The position numbers were made by a program, and so were the translations under genes. Of a DNA stretch of 64,000 bases, positions 1-14,914 are shown piece after piece. Where the stretch lies: assembly GCA_951406725.2 (NCBI GenBank), contig OX597827.1, positions 17,608,001 to 17,672,000 of the forward strand, given 5' to 3'. The notes below the pieces were generated by a model, which searched no databases, was not told the DNA's origin, and saw only the letters and a list, made by a program, of their open reading frames with translations. The stretch is from Octopus vulgaris. Its lineage: Eukaryota. Each line of letters begins with the position of its first letter. Position 1 is the stretch's first letter.

Positions 1-666
1 GACAAAAAGGTTTCCATGAAATATTTATTATACGCGACATATAATGCTTAAGTAGTGTCAATATTTTATCGTCGGAAAATGGTTTAAACAAAAACAAAAC
101 CCAATGTAGTATGCTGAAATCTGATTAATCTGCATTTTGCGGGATCGGAATTTTTTTTTTTAGTCAACAGCAATTCGAGGAACCTGATTAATGTTTGTTG
201 CAAATTTGGAGGAAACAACACTGAACACTGAATCGTCACAGACCAGGCGAGACGACTCGCCTCGTTTGCCAAAGATTGGAAGTTACGATGTTTTGCTAGT
301 ATCGTAGTTTATCAATAATTGTAGAAACACAAATATATGGAAGTACATACTTATTGAAATACATATGCATGAAGAAAACATACTGTTGCATATTGAATTT
401 TGATGTGATTCTAGGTGAACCGACAAGAATCGGAAGGAGGGCAACACCGGCGAATTCACCAAAAAGCAACCAAAATGAGAAGGTTAGTGAAAGCGTAGTA
501 GAAGTGTGCCGACAACGATGCTGGTGACCCAGGATAACTTCAGCTCGCAGAAACACGTAAAAGTCTAAGAGTAATACATTTATGTGTATGAGTGTGTATG
601 TATATACATACATATATGCATGCGTGCGTGTGTGTGTGTATGTATATATACATGTATGTGTGTGTG

Positions 667-720
<54 letters not shown>

Positions 721-722
<2 letters not shown>

Positions 723-1099
723 CGTAGGAGTGGCTGTGTAGTAAATAGCTTGCTTACTAACTACATGGTTCCGGGTTCAGTCCCACTGCGTGGCACCTTG
801 GGCAAGTGTCTTCTACTATAGCCTCGGGTCGACCAAAGCATTGTGAGTGGATTTGGTTGACGGAAACTGAAAGAAACCCGTCGTATATATGTGTATATAT
901 GTGTGTCTGTGTTTGATAACCAATGTTGGTGTGTTTACGTTCCCGTAACTTAGCGGTTCGGCAAAAGAGATCTATAGAATAAGTACTAGGCTTACACAAA
1001 GAATAAGTCCTGGGGTCGATTTCCTCGACTAAAGGTGAAGCTCCAGCATAGCCGTAGTTAAATGACTGAAACAAGTAAAAGAGTAGAGAGTAAAAGAGT
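721..1099 (+). mobile_element. tRNA-derived SINE, family A, full length
   Basis: Box-A-like TGGCTGTGTAG and box-B-like GGTTCAGTCCC; CACCTTGGGCAAGTGTC (CORE-domain-like); internal TA/TG tract; tail CCAGCATAGCCGTAG..TGACTGAAAC followed by (AGTAAAAG)n. More than 10 homologous copies in the window. Confidence 0.9.
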
Positions 1100-1446
1100 A
1101 TATATATTTATTTATTTATTTATGCATATATCAACTGGGGAAATAAATATGTTCATGTCATACCTCCTGACTTTATATCTTACACACACATATATATAGA
1201 GAGAGAGGTCGGAGAGATTTGGAAGAGAGGGAGAGAGGGAGAGAGACATGACAGTATACTTGATGCAAGTCTGATGAAGTGACACTCTAATGTCTATAGC
1301 AGCAAATATTACGTAAATTTTTCACTTTGTATTTTTGCGTAAACTGGCTTTGCAAGCAAAATTGGTACGGAAGCAAATGTAACGAATCATTAAATTATAG
1401 ACGTGCTAAAGAATTTCTTTGTCTTCTTATTATTTGCATGTATATG

Positions 1447-1494
<48 letters not shown>

Positions 1495-1959
1495 TGTATG
1501 TATGTATGTATGTATGTATGTATATGTATGTGATATATATTTCGTAAGTAGAAAATGCAGTGAACATTGCAAGATTTTTAAATTGATTTTCTAGCAGACA
1601 ACCTTATTTATCTTCACCACAAACGATTCAAACAACCTGAAATAATAACTAAAAATAGAGAACATGAAAAAAAAAATGAAAAAGGCAAACGAATTACAAA
1701 CAAAAAATAGGAAGAGAAAAAGAGAAAAAAACAATTTTGTAAAACATGTTATCGATTCTTTCTTTCTTATATAGTGTTCCTACTTTATCATTGAAATGAA
1801 AACACCCAAATTTTTCGGATTTCTTGAACAGCGGAACTAAAATTTTTCGCACCTAAATAAATATATGATAGCAATGACTTAAAGAAGTGAAGCCGATATA
1901 GGAGTCGTATGAAATATAGCACGTTACATATAAAGATAATATATTATAGCATTATACAT

Positions 1960-2615
1960 TGGTACATACATATATACGGTTGTATATGTATGTATGCATG
2001 CATGTATTATGTATGTATGCATGCATGTATGCATATATGTATGTATTATGTATGTATATGTGTATGTATGTATGCATATGTGTAGTATTCATGCATGTAC
2101 TATGCAAGTATCTATCTATCTTTGTGTGTGTATGTATGTATATATGTATGTATATATGTATGTATGTATGCATGCATGTGTGTATGCATGCATGTATGTA
2201 TGCATGCGTGTATGCATGTATGTATATTATGTATGTATGCATGTATGCATGTATGTGTATTATGTATATATGCATGCATGTATTATGTATGTATGCATGC
2301 ATGTATGTATGCATGCATGCATGCATTTTTGTGTGTGTATTTATATATGTATGCATGTATGTATGTGTATGTATTTATGTATGTATGCATGCATGCATGT
2401 ATGTATGTATCTATCTATCTATGTGTATGTATGTATGTTTTTATATATGTATGCATGTATGTATGCATGTATCTATCTTTGTATGTATGTAATGTTTGTA
2501 TGTATGCATGTATGTATGTATGTATGTATGTATGTATGTATGTATGTGTGTATGTATGTATGTATGTATGTATGTATGTACGTATGTATGTATGCATGCA
2601 TGTATGTATCTATGT
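1960..2615. repeat. degenerate (TATG/CATG)n tetranucleotide array
   Basis: Visible low-complexity repeat; source of the M/Y/V/C-rich spurious ORFs. Confidence 0.95.
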
Positions 2616-3618
2616 ACACTCACACATTCAGAAAATGTTCGCAAAATATAAACAGATAGATAATATCGCATAAAAAATTGCCTTCAAACTGTTACATAAA
2701 ACTGTTGAACAAAATGTCAGAAACGGAGGAATTGAAAGATAAATAAATAAAGAGTCTGTGAAAAATTTAGCCGAAACCAGTTGCACTGGAACGTGCAAGG
2801 TAACATACAAATACCACAAATACACACACACACAAATTTCACTTCAAAACAACAACATGGTTATTATAATAGTGGGAAAATATACTTTAAAAAAGTCACT
2901 TATGTATAAATAAAAATACAATAACACATGGAAATACAGGTTTAAAATATAGATTTAAAATGCGTAGGAATATCACATGAAAAGTATTAAATATCGCATA
3001 AATATAGTTACAATCTCTCAAAATGTAATGTCAAAATCCTACACAGTACCACAGAGAAACCACAAACTATATATACCTGTGTGTGTGTGTGTGAGTTCGC
3101 ATATGTATATATATATATATATATATATTTATACACACACACATACAAAAATACACATTCACACAGACAATACAACATTTTTAAAGATCGTGCACGGAAC
3201 ATATCACGCAGGAACCACATAGAAAATTCTAAAGATAAAAACAAGCGCAAAAGAGTCTTGGTAAAAGCAAAAACTACTAAATTAAGACAAAAAAACCAAA
3301 CGCTCAAACCACACACACACACACACACTCATACACAGAGGCGTTGCAGGAGATGTGTAAGATTATAACCAAGACATATCCTAAAGAAGATCGAATTATT
3401 ATAATGAAAAGTATTATAAGTTATAAAGATGTGTAATACAATAAACAACATAAAGGGATGTAAAAGCATTATATAATGAGATATAAAACTATACAAGGAG
3501 TAATATTATAGAAAACCAAGTGTTGAACCCTCTCTCATAGTCGTATCATATATACATACATACATACGTACATACATACATAAATACATATGTACATACA
3601 TACATAAATACATATATA

Positions 3619-3693
<75 letters not shown>

Positions 3694-3867
3694 GTATGTA
3701 TTGATATACAAAACTATATATTTTTAATGCTGTAATATATACACGCATATGTATCTGTGTATATATACATACACTCGTATGTTTTTACATATACGTGTTT
3801 ATTTACATAAGCGCTAAAGCATATATACATACATATACTTATATACATATATATCTATATCTATCTA

Positions 3868-3909
<42 letters not shown>

Positions 3910-3932
3910 TGTGTGTGTGTATGTATGCATCA

Positions 3933-3973
<41 letters not shown>

Positions 3974-3982
3974 AAACACTTA

Positions 3983-4060
<78 letters not shown>

Positions 4061-4889
4061 GTTTGTGTAATATATATGCATAAATACACACACACACATA
4101 TCTTGCGTATTAATAATGACTCATCGACCATGTCTGTATATATCCCTTCCTGTAATTTTCTTTTTCATTTTATGTTGTATTATTACAATTATTATCAATA
4201 TTGACGTTGAATATGGTTTTGTTGTTGCTGTTATTATTTTTTTTTTTTGGCTCTTCCTAGCGACGGCGATGTTGACTGTAGCGGTGCCGATATTGTATAT
4301 ATATGTCGTTCATGTTCTCTTGTTGTTGTTGGCAATTATTATCATTAACATTGTTCTTGCTTGTGATTCTTTTCTTGGCTGTAACATACTAGAAACACCC
4401 TTTTCCCGCAATCAGGGTTATTATTGAAAACAATTTATGAATGGCGAGTAAATCGACGTTGAAAAGAAAAAACAAAAAACGCGAAGAATGTAAAGAAAGA
4501 GATAATGAACGAAAGAAAGGAAGAGAACAAAGAAAATAAAGACAGAAAAAAAAATGATGGAGAATGCACGGAAGAAGTATTTATACATACATGCATACAT
4601 ACATACATACATACATATATACATACATACATACATACTTATATGTGTGTGTGCATACATATAAATTTAGACCTATACAAAGAAATCAATAAAGGTATGT
4701 GTGTACGTACGTGTGTATGTGTACGTATGTCTTTGGTGAGTGTGTATATGCAATTATACATCTCTCTCTCTCACTCTCTCCTTGTATATATACATATACA
4801 TATATATATATATATATATATGTATAGATACATATGTATATATATTTATATATAGATACATATATATGTATATGTATATATATATATAG

Positions 4890-4962
<73 letters not shown>

Positions 4963-5003
4963 TCCATATTTATATAGTTATATATATATATGTATATATA
5001 TAT

Positions 5004-5082
<79 letters not shown>

Positions 5083-5608
5083 CATCTATATATATGTGTA
5101 TATATATATAGATACATATATATATATATATAAATATATATAAATATATCCATATATATATAGTATCCATATATATTTATGTGTGTTTGTATGTGTGTAG
5201 GTATATATACATACCCATATAGGTGTGAATGTCTGTGTCTATTTATTTATGCATATAAGTACAGAGATATATTTATTACAGACATATAGAAACGCATGCG
5301 CACGCACACACACACGCACACACATTACACACACACACACACACACATACACACACACACACACACATACACAGTGAGGCACGTACATAATTCGTTTCCC
5401 CACCTTTTGCTAATGTCAGTTGAAGTTTGAAGTGTGTAAATGTCGATTACTTCTTAAGCTATATTTTTATTCCTCTCCTTCTAATTATAAACACACACGA
5501 CCTCGCTCCTTCCCTGACCTGCATCTACCCCTCACTACTGGCCCCTGCCATTTCCCAATATGTATACTCACACGCGCGTGCCCACATATCTACACACACA
5601 TATATATG

Positions 5609-5646
<38 letters not shown>

Positions 5647-5669
5647 ATATATTATATTATATATACGTG

Positions 5670-5709
<40 letters not shown>

Positions 5710-5793
5710 TTATTCGGTTTCAAATGTAGGGCTATTAATATATAGCATTGTATATACGTATGTTTACACATACACACACACATATATATATAT

Positions 5794-5824
<31 letters not shown>

Positions 5825-5829
5825 TCATA

Positions 5830-5865
<36 letters not shown>

Positions 5866-6020
5866 CGCGTATCTTTGTATATCTATGTATATATATATAT
5901 ATGTGTGTGTGTGTGTTGTATGTATAACTAATGTTCTTGCACACGCACACAAACCTCTCTGTGCGTATATGCGATTTCCTGACTGTCTACAGTTGTATGC
6001 GCGTGTATAATTTATATATA

Positions 6021-6084
<64 letters not shown>

Positions 6085-6091
6085 TATACAC

Positions 6092-6162
<71 letters not shown>

Positions 6163-6324
6163 TATATATATATATATATGTATGTATATATGCACACACA
6201 CACATACATGTACATATATATATGTACATATATATACGTATGTGTGTGTGAGTGTGTGTATAAACATTGATATATATATATATTAAATGATAGTTTTCAT
6301 ATTTATCCTGCACTTCACATTTAT

Positions 6325-6957
<633 letters not shown>

Positions 6958-7278
6958 GTTCGGTATTGTTACTATGTCCATAGAATACGAATCTTTTACT
7001 TTATGCTATATTAACTTTTCTACTTCGCTAGTTTCACTTTCCTATTTCTTACTCTTTTGATATAGTTGTTTGTTTTTTTTTTCTTTTAGCTTTCATAATT
7101 TCTACCTGATTTCTTCGTTCTTGGAGAATCAAAACAATTTACGTGTGCATCTTTGTATTGTATGTATACATGTATGTATATATATGTGTGTATTTGGGTA
7201 TGTATACATGTATATATGTATGCATGCATGTAGGTATCTATCTATATATATCGATAGGTATATATATTTATATAATTG

Positions 7279-7320
<42 letters not shown>

Positions 7321-7607
7321 TTATATTACACAAATATATGTACACACCTACGTGTGTATATATCAGAATATATCGATATATATGCATATATGCAAGCTTC
7401 ATATATATATATATATGTGTGTGTGTATTTATCATACATGTATACTTATATATACACATAAGCATATATATACAAATATATTTAACGTATATTATGCAAT
7501 ATATACAATATACATACATACTAACACCAACACACCCATACCCACAAATATATATATATATATATATAATTATATATACATATGTATACATATATATATA
7601 TATATAT

Positions 7608-7835
7608 AAATATATTTATACAATATGTTACATTACTCGGTAGTCAAGATAAAACTCTGAGTTTCAGATGCCGAAGTGGAAATCCACAACACCATCTCTT
7701 CGGTTATCTGGCTAGCCAGATAACCGAAGAGTTTTATCTTGACTACCGAGTAATGTAACATATTGTATAGATAAATTTCCTCTATTTACATAATATTGAG
7801 GTCTCTTTCTTTCTTTTGTTATCTTACCGTTTTAT
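7608..7835. mobile_element. fold-back (inverted duplicated) retroelement terminus, probably PLE-derived
   Basis: Palindrome centred on GCT|AGC (7711-7716); arms TACAATATGTTACATTACTCGGTAGTCAAGATAAAACTCT and its reverse complement; flanked by (TA)n; homologue at 41225-41281. Confidence 0.6.
7647..7709 (-). ncRNA. hammerhead-ribozyme-like motif (variant type I), family 3
   Basis: AGAUAA-CCGAAGA-GAUG..CAUC-U-GAA-ACUCAGAGU-U-UUAUCU: stem I 6 bp, near-palindromic stem III; U4C core variant and an extra nucleotide before GAAA. Confidence 0.4.
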
Positions 7836-7837
7836 CA

Positions 7838-7898
<61 letters not shown>

Positions 7899-8414
7899 CA
7901 TACATACATACATACATACATACATACATACATACATACATACATACATACATACATACATACACACGTATATATATATATATATATATATATCTACACG
8001 CCAACCCTACCTGTATCGAGTTGAATGTGATACAGGAGGTGGATAGCATCTACAACTGAAACGTTTTTTGCGATGGTTATTCTAGTTATTCGATCATCAA
8101 TGGGTTTTCTAGAGATTCGTTCAGCAGCGGAACTTCAATTCTCCTTGCGTTACACTGTTACTGATTGTGAATTCCAAACGCTGATGTGCTCTTGATATAA
8201 ATCTTAGAGCACGGAGTCACTTAGAGAGTCACATAAGTCTTGTAGAGAAACCACGTAAGCTTGGACCGCTCCGAGGTTGTCGTGTAAGTGCTTCTGAAAC
8301 AGAACCCATATGACGTAGGCAATGGGAGATGTCCAAATAAGATTTTTCTGTTTAAAATGTATGTGCAATAAAGTGGTTATACTTCAATACACAAAATATC
8401 CTTCTCTTCTCTAG

Positions 8415-8590
8415 ACGCAAAGCCCGAAATGTTTGGGGAGCAGGCCAGTCGATTGGATCGACCCCAGTACGCCACTGCTACTTACTTTATCAACCCTGAA
8501 TGAATGAAAGACAGACAACCGCGGCGGAATTTCAACTCAGAACGTAAAGACAGACGAAATACCGATAAGCATTGCGCCGGCGTGCTAAAC
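8415..8590 (-). mobile_element. SINE family B, old diverged copy
   Basis: Reverse complement of TTAGCACGCCGG..GTTCTGAGTT..CTTTCATT..CTGGGGTCGAT. Confidence 0.8.
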
Positions 8591-9237
8591 ATAGCTTGTG
8601 ATAAATAGAAATATTCTAAATTCTATGAGTAACAAGGTTGCAGATTGTGACAATGGCTGATTGGGTCAATGAGTGACGAGATCTGATATCAAATTTATTT
8701 GGAATATATTCTCTACGACAAACCGAAGTGATTGGTGTACTTAGCGTGGTCTGAGTCTAAACTAGATTGAATTACATATTCCAGACTACTACATTAACTA
8801 ATCTCTGGTCACTGGGTCTGTGATTGAACTTCAGCGATATAGTAAATAACCGTGATAGATAAGCGAAGTGATTGCTAGTCTAATTCCTAAGGCTCGACTA
8901 GATTAATCTGGAAAATATTCCTGTCAGCAAGAGAAAATTATTACAAAACTAATAAAATTAAGCGTCATGATATTTTACTGTTACTAATAAACATTGCGAC
9001 TACGTAAACGCGACCCAGCTCTGGAACAAGCAAGTGTGATGTAGAGGTCGAGAGTTCATTTCCAGATGAACACTAATAACTCATTAAAGAAGTAAATATG
9101 TGAAAGTGTAGTCTGTTGTTAGAAGAAACCAGCCACACAGTAAGAGATATCTTCTACATTCTATCTTTGAATTTGTTAATCTTTCCTTCTCTCCTAAGTT
9201 TATGGTTCTATATTTATATCTTGTGTAAATATGCAAT

Positions 9238-9273
9238 ATCAGAAGATTCCAGGTTCGAATCCTGGCGAGCTCG
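9238..9273 (+). pseudogene. 3' half of a tRNA-Arg(ACG)-like gene
   Basis: ATCAGAAGATTCCAGGTTCGAATCCTGGCGAGCTCG matches, from memory, the 3' half of metazoan tRNA-Arg-ACG (T arm CCAGG-TTCGAAT-CCTGG); T-rich trailer follows; 5' half absent. Confidence 0.7.
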
Positions 9274-9285
9274 CATTTATTTTTA

Positions 9286-9696
9286 GGCGTAGGAGTGGCC
9301 GTGTGGTAAGTAGCTTGCTAACGAACCACATGGTTCCGAGTTCAGTCCCACTGCGTGGCACCTTGGTCAACTGTCTTCTTCTACAGCCTCGGGCCGACCA
9401 AAGCCTTGTAAGTGGATTTGGTAGATGGAAACTGAAAGAAGCCTGTCATATATATGTATATATATATGTATGTGTGTGTGTGTGCTTGTATGTATGTATG
9501 TGTGTGTATATGTTTGTGTGAGTGTCTCTCCAACATCGCTTGACAACCGATGCTGGTGTGTTTACGTCCCCGTAGCTTAGCGGTTCGACAAAACAGACTG
9601 ATAGAATAATTACTAGGCTTACAAAGAATAACTCCTGGGGTCGATTTGCTCGACTAAAGGCGGTACTCCAGCATGGTCATAATCAAATGACTGAAA
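9286..9696 (+). mobile_element. SINE family A
   Basis: Homologous to 721-1099. Confidence 0.9.
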
Positions 9697-10332
9697 TATA
9701 TGTGTGTATGTGTATCTGTGAAAGAAAGTACTTTACAAACGCAAAAATGTGCATACTTATATTTATATCTATATATGTGTGTGTATGCGTGTGTTTATAT
9801 ACATCGAATAAGGGATTTATGTTTATGTACAAAGAATATATATCATATATTTATTTAATCGTATATAATGTAGTACCATTAACGATGCTAACATTATAAA
9901 ACTTAAGAGTATTTAAATATGAAGTCATTGTATGTGTGTGTTTGTATGTGTGTATGTGTGTATTTGTTGAGTGATATACGCTGACGTAACCAAACATTAC
10001 GAAACAGCTGTCAAAATTTGGAGTAAACATCTTTTCTCACACTACTATACATATATATATACATACATACATACATACATACGTACATACATACATATAT
10101 ACATGCATACACACACAAACACACACATAGACACATATATACATATTTGTGTGTGAGAGAGAGAGAGAGTATACGAAAAACTGACCCGGCTCGGGGAATT
10201 TTCAAGCTGCAACAAGGAAATGTTCAGTCAGTGCCTTCATCAGAAGAAATTTGTGTTGCATCATGGAATTCACAATTTACTGACTAATGGAATATTACCA
10301 GCCTCAGGCATATCTATCCCATCTATCTATCC

Positions 10333-10388
<56 letters not shown>

Positions 10389-10393
10389 CTATT

Positions 10394-10426
<33 letters not shown>

Positions 10427-10571
10427 ATATACATATATGTATATATATATACATACATACATATATATATATAACGGGAAGCTTTATGAAAATAAACAAA
10501 AGACGAAGGCAGGTGGAAAACAAGCGAACAATTGTATTAGTATGGCGCTCAGGAAATATAAATAAAAGAAG

Positions 10572-10609
10572 TCTTTAACGTTTCGAGCCTACGCTCTTCA
10601 ACAGAAAGA
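10572..10609 (-). ncRNA. minimal type I hammerhead-like motif, PLE family 1
   Basis: UCUUU-CUGUUGA-A-GAGC(GUAG)GCUC-GAA-ACGU-U-AAAGA: stem I 5 bp, stem II 4 bp, palindromic ACGU stem III; A6U variant. Confidence 0.65.
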
Positions 10610-11477
10610 TACACAGAGAGAGAAAAACACAGAAAGAAGGAGAGAAAAAAATGCGTGCAGTAGCTAACGAATCAACATGGCGATCTGATTTCGGCCAGAG
10701 GTCAAAGATCAAACATGAGACGCGAGAGCGAAATAAGGGGAGATAATAGGGTTGATAAATGGGTTGAGGGACCAGCTAAAAGTGCGTGGGAGGGGTCTGG
10801 ATGTGTGTATGTATAGGGTTGGTGTATGTATTAGTATGTATAAGGGTGTGTGTGTGTGTGTGTGTGTATGAGAGAGTATTAGTGCGTAAGATTGGTCTGG
10901 ACGTGCGTATGTATGGGGTTGGTGTATGTATTAGTATGTATTAGTATGTATTAGTACGTATTGGTATGTATAGGTGTGTGTGTGTGAGAGAGAGAGAGAG
11001 TATAAGTGCGTATGCGGGGTCTGGACGTGTGTATGTATAGGGCTGGTGTAAGTATTAGTATGTACTAGTATGTATTAGTACGTATTAGTATGTATTAGTT
11101 GGTGTGTGTATTAGTATGGCACATCATATGTGATGTGATGTGTAAAGTCATGTGGTGTAGTGAGGAGAAGAGGGGGAGGGGGAGAAGAGGGGGGAGAGAA
11201 GGGGAGGGGAAGAAGAGGGGGAGGAGAAGGTGAGAGAGGAGAGGATGGGGGAGAAGGAAGGGGATGAGGGGGATGAAGGAGGAAAGAGGGAGAAGGGGAG
11301 AGAGGGAGTGAGGGAGCAGAGGGAAGGGGAAGAGGGAGGGAGAAAGAGGGAAGAAGGGAAGGGGAGTAGGGGTGAAAGTATGAAGGACTGAAGAAGTAGG
11401 GGTCGGGGGGAGAAAGGATAGGTGAGGAGGGGGAAGAGGGGGGGTTAGATGAGGAGGGGGGAGAGGGGGGTTAGATG

Positions 11478-11702
11478 CAGAGTTGAGACCAAATGGCGTA
11501 TAAGAGCGAAGAGAGAAGATTAATTCCTGTTCACGGCGCAAACGGGAATCCGGATGGCCTCTGTGTAAGGACAAACCGAACACAGATAGGTGTTGCAAGG
11601 AGTGACCGGTGGAGCGGAAATGGCGTGAGACCGGTGTGTCGTTCGCAAGGTGGATGTCACGAAGGTGTTCCGCGAACCGGTCAGCCAAGCGGCGTCCCGT
11701 TT
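11478..11702 (-). pseudogene. GIY-YIG endonuclease fragment (PLE)
   Basis: First ~70 codons of ORF 11095..11688 plus upstream TGRR; R..EH and E..LI..L....P.GLN motifs. Confidence 0.8.
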
Positions 11703-11772
11703 ATGCATACATACTTATATATATATATATATATGCTGGACCCTCAAGCACTTTGGAAGGATATTGAAGAGA

Positions 11773-11815
<43 letters not shown>

Positions 11816-11913
11816 ATACATATATATACATGTATCATACATACATACATATATACATATATATACCATACATACAAACATACATACATACTGAATACAT
11901 ACATACATACATA

Positions 11914-11944
<31 letters not shown>

Positions 11945-11946
11945 CA

Positions 11947-11977
<31 letters not shown>

Positions 11978-12422
11978 GAATGTCTACCTACATCTCTTTC
12001 TCAAAGTACCGCTCAAAATATCCCAGCTATTATTCTATTGAAAATCTTATTGCTAACCACAGGGAATTGGAAGACGTCACATTCTCTCTAGTTCACTGCA
12101 AACAAATTATCATTAGAAGCTATTAGCAGGATTCAGAAGGCAGAATATTTTTGTGAACTTTGGCTTACACGATTAATGCGCATGGTTTATTACTGACATA
12201 AAATATTTCACGTTTATGGCATTGTCGTGTATAGAGTTCTTTAGTACCAATTCCTCTCAATACTGTATTGATTTGTGGTAAGTTTATACTGCAATGTTAA
12301 ATGTCTAAGTATATTTTCATATATATGTACATCTATATGCTCATAATTCATTGGCCCTAACATGGCTGTGAGGTTAACAAGTTCCCCTCGCAAATTCTTG
12401 CTTTCTGGTTCGATCATGAATA

Positions 12423-12827
12423 GGCGTAGGAGTGGCTGTGTGGTAAGTAGCTTGCTTACCGACCACATGGTTCAGGGTCCAGTCCCGCTACGTGGCACCT
12501 TGGGCAAGTGTCTTCTACTATAGCCTCGAGCCAACCAAAGCCTTGTGAGTGGATTTGGTAGACGGAAACTGAAAGAAGCCCGTCGTATATATGCATATAT
12601 ATGTATATGTGTGTATGTGTTTGTGTGTCTGTGATGTGTTTGTCCTCCCAACATCGCTTGACAAACGATGCTGGTGTGTTTACGTCCCCGTAACTTAGCA
12701 TTTCGGCAAAAGTCACAGATAGAATAAGTACTAGCCTTACAAAGAATAAGTCCTGGGGTCGATTTGCTCGACTAAAGGTGGAGCTCCAGCATGGCCACAG
12801 TCAAATGACTGAAACAAGTAAAAGAGT
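12423..12827 (+). mobile_element. SINE family A
   Basis: Homologous to 721-1099. Confidence 0.9.
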
Positions 12828-13105
12828 ATGTGTTGCGATCCTAAATCCTCAGGTTCACTAAAGGTCTATGTGTATGATTTGGAAGGCAAACCATATATGG
12901 AATCTAAACGGAATCCTGTCAGACGATGAAGGAAGTCATCGATCATCTCGTTTAACATTAACGCCACATCCTCGTGTTGCTTTAGGAAAGTTCACTTTCT
13001 TTGTAAGTGCTCAGGCGCGATGTCCGATTTAAGGACAATATTCTCGTTTCCTAACAAGAGTTTCGGAGACAAGAGTCAGGAATAATGCATTTACTATTCC
13101 ATTAA

Positions 13106-13293
<188 letters not shown>

Positions 13294-13971
13294 TGTATAT
13301 GTATATATATGTATATGTATATATATGTATATGTGTATATATATATATGTATGTGTGTGTGTCTGTGTGTATGTATATACATACATGTATAAATGCATAT
13401 GTATATGTAAATGTATGGATGAGTTTGTATGCATATTTTATACATATATATATATATATATTATATATATGAGAGAGAGAGAGAGATAAATACATATGTA
13501 TATATATATATATTTATACATTTGATATACATATATATATATATATATATACACATATGCCTACACACATATAGATACATTCGTTCATCGATAAACAGCC
13601 CATATCTTCATATAGACGTTTACTTTTGCTTATATATTGATATGCAAGCACAGTTAACGAGCTTTTAGCCCAGTAATTTCTTTTGTTCTTGTTGTTATTA
13701 TTATCACCATCATCATCAGACATATCTTTCTTTGGGGGTGGTCATTCGAAAGAATCGCGAGACTACCAGAGAATACATTCTTCCAATATTTAGTCGCTCA
13801 TTATATTCGAAATTGAAATCCCTCTGAAATTGACCTCATTTTTCTCCTTCTGGTATCGATAAAATAACAACAGATGTAGTTTTGAGATCGATTGTATCGA
13901 TTACTCCCATCACAGAAAATATTTGGACTCGTGCCAGAGTTCACTGTTGCTATTATTCTTTTGTACTGCAA

Positions 13972-14850
13972 GACGTTGAGATGGCGGAAACGTTAGCGCG
14001 CCGGATATAATGCTTAACGGTATTCAGTTCGTGTTCTACGTTCAAATTCCGCTGATGTCGATTTTTGCCTTTCATCCATCCTTTCGTAGTCGATAAAATA
14101 AGTACCAGTTGACCACTGGGGTCGATGTAACCCTAACCCACCCCTAACTTCCCCTCAAGAAGATTTCAGGCCATGTGCTTATTGTAGAAAGGGTCAGGTA
14201 TACAGCAAGGCAGCGAGAGGGCAGGATGTTTATCCCGGCGGACAAAATGCTTAGCGGTATTTCGTCTGCGTTACGTTGTGAGTTCGAATTCCGCCGAGGT
14301 CGACTTTGCCTTTCATCCTTTCGGGGTCGATAAATTAAGTACCAGTTACGCACTGGGGTCGATGTAATCGACTTAATACCTATGTCTGCCCTTGTTTGTC
14401 TTTTCTGTGTTTAGCCCCTTGTGGGTAATAAAGAAATAGGTATTTCTTCCGTCAAGCTGGCAAAAACGTTAGCACGCCGGGCGAAATGCGTAGCCTTATT
14501 TCGTCTGCCGTTACGTTCTGAGTTCAAATTCCACCGCGGTCGACTTTGCCTTTCATCCTTTCGGGGTCGATAAATTAAGTACTAGTTATGCACTGGGGTC
14601 GATATAATCGACTTAATCCGTTTGTCAGTCCTTGTTTGTCCCCTCTGTGTTTAGCCCTTTGAGGGTAGTAAAGAAATAGGTATTTCTTCCGATTCTTAAT
14701 TATCTGTGTTTTAATTTGGCCAAGGTTGACTTAACCGTTCACACATTCAGGGTAGTTTATATAAGCACCATTTTAGCACTGGCGATGATGTAGTCGACTT
14801 ACACCTTCAGCCACAAAATTGCTGGCCTTTGCCAAAATTTGAAACCATCA
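13972..14850 (+). mobile_element. cluster of SINE B copies including a young dimer (14208-14690)
   Basis: Repeated GTCGACTTTGCCTTTCATCCTTTCGGGGTCGATAAATTAAGTACCAGT modules; young tails ending AAAGAAATAGG. Confidence 0.85.
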
Positions 14851-14914
14851 TACTGTACTCCCATATGACCAAAAACGACGATTTTGGATTCGCTAATGCA
14901 ACATTACAACTGAT

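Larger units (their letters stand above)
10473..11702 (-). mobile_element. 5'-truncated Penelope-like retroelement (GIY-YIG C-terminus, 3' UTR, terminus)
   Basis: Translation TGRRLADRFAEHLRDI..PVSRHF..HS..RREQELIFSLRSYTPFGLN is the typical C-terminal half of a PLE GIY-YIG endonuclease; pyrimidine-rich UTR on the coding strand; ends in (TA)n; terminus repeated at 21423-21646. Confidence 0.85.

Noticed and set aside
1271-1300. CTGATGA as a hammerhead core (also near 39060, 39135 and 47560)
   Set aside because: No properly placed GAAA with compatible stems.
4116-4427. Hydrophobic 103-aa ORF resembling a membrane protein
   Set aside because: T-rich degenerate trinucleotide sequence; no motif or splice support.
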